Of a stretch of DNA of 64,000 nucleotides, positions 60,601-64,000 are shown piece after piece. The notes beneath the pieces are model-generated. The model was not told where the DNA came from and did not search any database. It saw only the letters and a list, made by a program, of their open reading frames with translations. The DNA is taken from positions 87,606,001 to 87,670,000 of the forward strand of contig OZ287752.1 in assembly GCA_965649765.1 (NCBI GenBank), in the 5' to 3' direction. Made by a program: the position numbers and the translations under genes. The DNA comes from Bispira polyomma (lineage: Eukaryota). Position 1 is the stretch's first letter, and each line of letters opens with the position of its first letter.

Positions 60601-61365
60601 TTCCTCTTTTTCGGCTTCAAGAATTTAAGAATTTAAGGGGCATGACAATAGGCCACACAGGTCAATAGCATTTGACCTGGGCTTTCTGAGTATCTGAGCG
60701 GATATACCATGTCAACTTTACATTTGTTTATTAATGTTGTTTATTTTTCTTTATTGACCAGTGTTACATACTGTGCATGTTGTGAGTAAATGTAATAATG
60801 AGGCCAGCAGCAAAGTGATCTGATTTTCACTCAGTAATACGTGAATCTACAAGATATGGATGAGATTACCAAATCTACAATGTGACCTTTAAATATGGGT
60901 TTGGTTGTTGATGTGTTGAATGAGGCTAAACCTAGAAGGCTGTGAACTTAAAGAACAGGATGTCATACTTAAGGCGACGATACACCACCTACAACACGAC
61001 ACAACACTATACTACAAAAAATAGAAATACAACATTATGTAGACTGCTTGCAACACGACATACTGCAAAATGTTGTGTTGTTACATATTTTTATATTGTT
61101 TGTGCCCAAAAGACTGCAAATAAACAACCTCATGGTGGTGTTAGTGATGTATTAATATGACATGGATTATGTAGTGCTGTGTTGTGTTTGATGTAAATAG
61201 TAAGGTGGTGGTGTGACGTGAGCCCCCTCTGTGTTCACTGAATTAGAGAAGCTTGGGCTACATCTAGTATACTTTTCTGCTAGATTAAAGCCCAACAGTT
61301 GGCTATTAGTGAATACGAGCCTTGTAGTGTAGTGTAGTGTGTCGTCTATAAAACCATTTACATCT

Positions 61366-61475
61366 GGGGCTGTACTCACAAAAGGGCTAAGTCTAGACAT
61401 TGTCCTAAATCTAGAACAAAAGTAGACTAGATCTAAGACAAAGTCTTGGCTGAGCCTTTTTGTGAATACCGCCCC
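61366..61475. mobile_element. Short MITE of the tattcacaaaagg family
   Basis: ggggctgtactcacaaaagggct ... agcctttttgtgaataccgcccc inverted termini. Confidence 0.65.
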
Positions 61476-62115
61476 ATATTTCAGAACAGCCTCTTTAAAT
61501 AGTAATTTTTATGTTTGGTTGAAAACATGCATAAGGGTTTCATAAGACATTTTCCCAGGAGGCACCACACCATGCGGTGGTACAACAGTTATACAATATA
61601 GAGATGATGGCAGAAAGTCCAGTTGGGTAGAATTTGAAATTCTACTGGGAGAAACTTTAAATACTGATTTACTTTATTTACTCTAAACTCTTGTTTATGA
61701 TAAATAAGATTCTTCAGCTTGTGAAAGTATCTTATATTTTACTGGCAAAGCAATAATTGATGTTGTTTTTAGTAATTTTGAGTTATAATAATAGTGATGA
61801 AGGATATGATAGCTACATCAATTCTAGATAGCTTATTAAATTAAACCTTAATGGTAATATTATTTGGTTCAAAATATTTTTTTTAACGAAACAACATCAT
61901 TCACAGGTTCTTTTCAATCTTCCTGTTAGACTTTCTACCAGTAGGAAGTCCAACTCTCTACCAACATCAACTGGTTAGAAATACCTCAGCTGAAGAATAC
62001 AATGACTATGAATATTGATGCAGTAACAGCAAGGGCCGTATACACAAAAGGTCTTTTAACAAACTGTCTGACTTTTGTGTCTAAAATATTAAAGACTGCC
62101 TACTGTTAGTCTTTT

Positions 62116-62367
62116 GTCACACATTGACGGCAAGGTAGGTGGTACTAGAAGGTAATGTTAATGCCCCAGTCACACATTGACGGTATGGTAGGTGGTACTA
62201 GAAGGTAATGTTAATGCCCCAGTCACACATTGACGGTATGGTAGGTGGTACTAGAAGGTAATGCTAATGCCCTGGTCACACATTGACGGTATGGTAGGTG
62301 GTACTAGAAGGTAATACTAATGCCCTGGTCACACATTGACGGTAAGGTAGGTGGTACTAGAAGGTAA
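62116..62367. repeat. 53-bp tandem repeat, ~4.7 copies
   Basis: gtcacacattgacggtatggtaggtggtactagaaggtaatgttaatgcccca. Confidence 0.93.
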
Positions 62368-62658
62368 CAGAACAAACTGTAACTTATCTTTCCACCTAAT
62401 AAAACAGCTCTTACATCTGTGCAAAATATACCCTCTGAACCTTGTCCAGATAAGTTTACAGAAAGAAAAAACAGCAAAAGACGATTACTACTCAAAAATC
62501 CTCAGAAATAGTTGGAAACTGAAGGAAACACACGATTACAGGGACTTACACTAGTAATTCGGTATTACTCAAAAATTGGTGAAAGCTTTTTTTTCACCTT
62601 TTTCTGCTTTGGTAAGGCAAAAGATTTAAGCATACCCCAATCTTCCGCCTAACACGGC

Positions 62659-63016
62659 CGACTGTAGATGGTTCGGGAAGGAAGCTAAACTTGACGACTG
62701 TAGATGGTTCGGGAAGGAAGCTAAACTTGACGACTGTAGATGGTTCGGGAAGGAAGCTAAACTTGACGACTGTAGATGGTTCGGGAAGGAAGCTAAACTT
62801 GACGACTGTAGATGGTTCGGGAAGGAAGCTAAACTTGACGACTGTAGATGGTTCGGGAAGGAAGCTAAACTTGACGACTGTAGATGGTTCGGGAAGGAAG
62901 CTAAACTTGACGACTGTAGATGGTTCGGGAAGGAAGCTAAACTTGACGACTGTAGATGGTTCGGGAAGGAAGCTAAACTTGACGACTGTAGATGGTTCGG
63001 GAAGGAAGCTAAACTT
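62659..63016. repeat. Perfect 36-bp tandem repeat x10 (cgactgtagatggttcgggaaggaagctaaacttga)
   Basis: Identical head-to-tail units with no spacers. Confidence 0.97.
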
Positions 63017-63378
63017 AAGGAAAGCTAGAGATAGGGTTTCCGACAATACAAAGCGAATTATAAAACATCCCTAACCACCTTTCATACCGCCATATAGACC
63101 GACCCTTTAGTGCTAATAGCAAGGTTGACAATAAACAAAAGATCTTTTCTCACTACCACTGGGGACTAACAGCAAAATCTTAACCATTTCAAAGTGAATC
63201 AATAACCGGAATCTTCAGTTTAAGACTAAGTTAAGACACTGAGACCTTTTCTGAATCCGGTCCCTGTGTATCCTCAGACTAATCTCCAGACTAGAGTTAT
63301 CTCTAGTGTGTCATACTAACCTAGGGTTGAGGTGTTCAGGAAGGCAGGGGGTGTAGGAAGGAAAGGCTCACTCTTATA

Positions 63379-63858
63379 TGACGTCAAAGGAAGGAAAGGC
63401 TCACTCTTATATGACGTCACAGGAAGGAAGGGTTCACTCTTACATGACATCACAGCTTTAGGTCTCTCCTCGGTTTGTCTACAACAGCCACAACATCCAG
63501 GTAAAGTAAAGACAGACTATAAACAGTAACAGGTAAATAGTTAGGAAAACATAGTGTTAATGGATAAAACATTAACTTTAAAGTTTTTGTATAATGTTTT
63601 CATATTGTATATGATTGTGCGTTAACAATACATACACGAACCATATAGTAAAAGGGGTGGGGGTAAGGGATTAACTGACAACGTGAAACAAACAGGTCAG
63701 CACCACAGAGAGAGATTTTATACAGTGACGTCATACATCAGACAGACAGACATACAAAGACTGGACGATTCTCTACATAGAGTAGTAACGTCATACATCT
63801 GGTGTACATACAAACAGTGGGTCAATCCTGTGTACAGTAGCGTCATACAGTGACGTCA
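63379..63858. promoter_or_regulatory. Cluster of four full CRE palindromes (TGACGTCA) plus near-matches
   Basis: Sites at 63379-86, 63412-19, 63726-33 and 63851-58. Function is not demonstrated. Confidence 0.4.
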
Positions 63859-64000
63859 TACAATTAAGTCATTCGCCAGGTGTACACACAAATAGTGAGG
63901 GAATCATGTGTACAGTGACGCCATAGTTTACAAAAACCATTAGGTGACCTACGCAAAGGTTGTTTATGTACAATATACACTGGTCCATACCAAATAAGAA

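Noticed and set aside
62659-63016. 36-bp repeat as a CRISPR array
   Set aside because: Units are head-to-tail with no spacers, there are no cas genes, and the context is eukaryotic.

Overview
This is AT-rich, repeat-dense animal genomic DNA, probably a lophotrochozoan invertebrate (inferred from the SINE core and TE content). The only complete host gene is a 15-exon SLC6 Na+-coupled amino-acid transporter of the GlyT1/proline-transporter type (+ strand, CDS 16442-42098, 662 aa when spliced by hand, all introns GT-AG and in phase). It is surrounded by a near full-length but disrupted L1/Tx1-clade LINE, CR1/L2 fragments, two DIRS-type tyrosine-recombinase relics, five copies of a young tRNA-derived SINE with TSDs, several MITEs, and a Gypsy element whose gag is interrupted by a TIR/TA-bounded, intron-containing pogo-like transposon. 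An orphan minus-strand exon resembles a prohormone. Two observations stand out. (1) The LINE ORF1 carries a C-terminal NADAR (YbiA-like) domain, which suggests a retrotransposon-borne ADP-ribose hydrolase. (2) Many exon-intron junctions of the SLC6 gene have been amplified into tandem arrays of their own splice sites (up to 23 decoy acceptors). Several units are AG|GT units that could be removed by recursive splicing.
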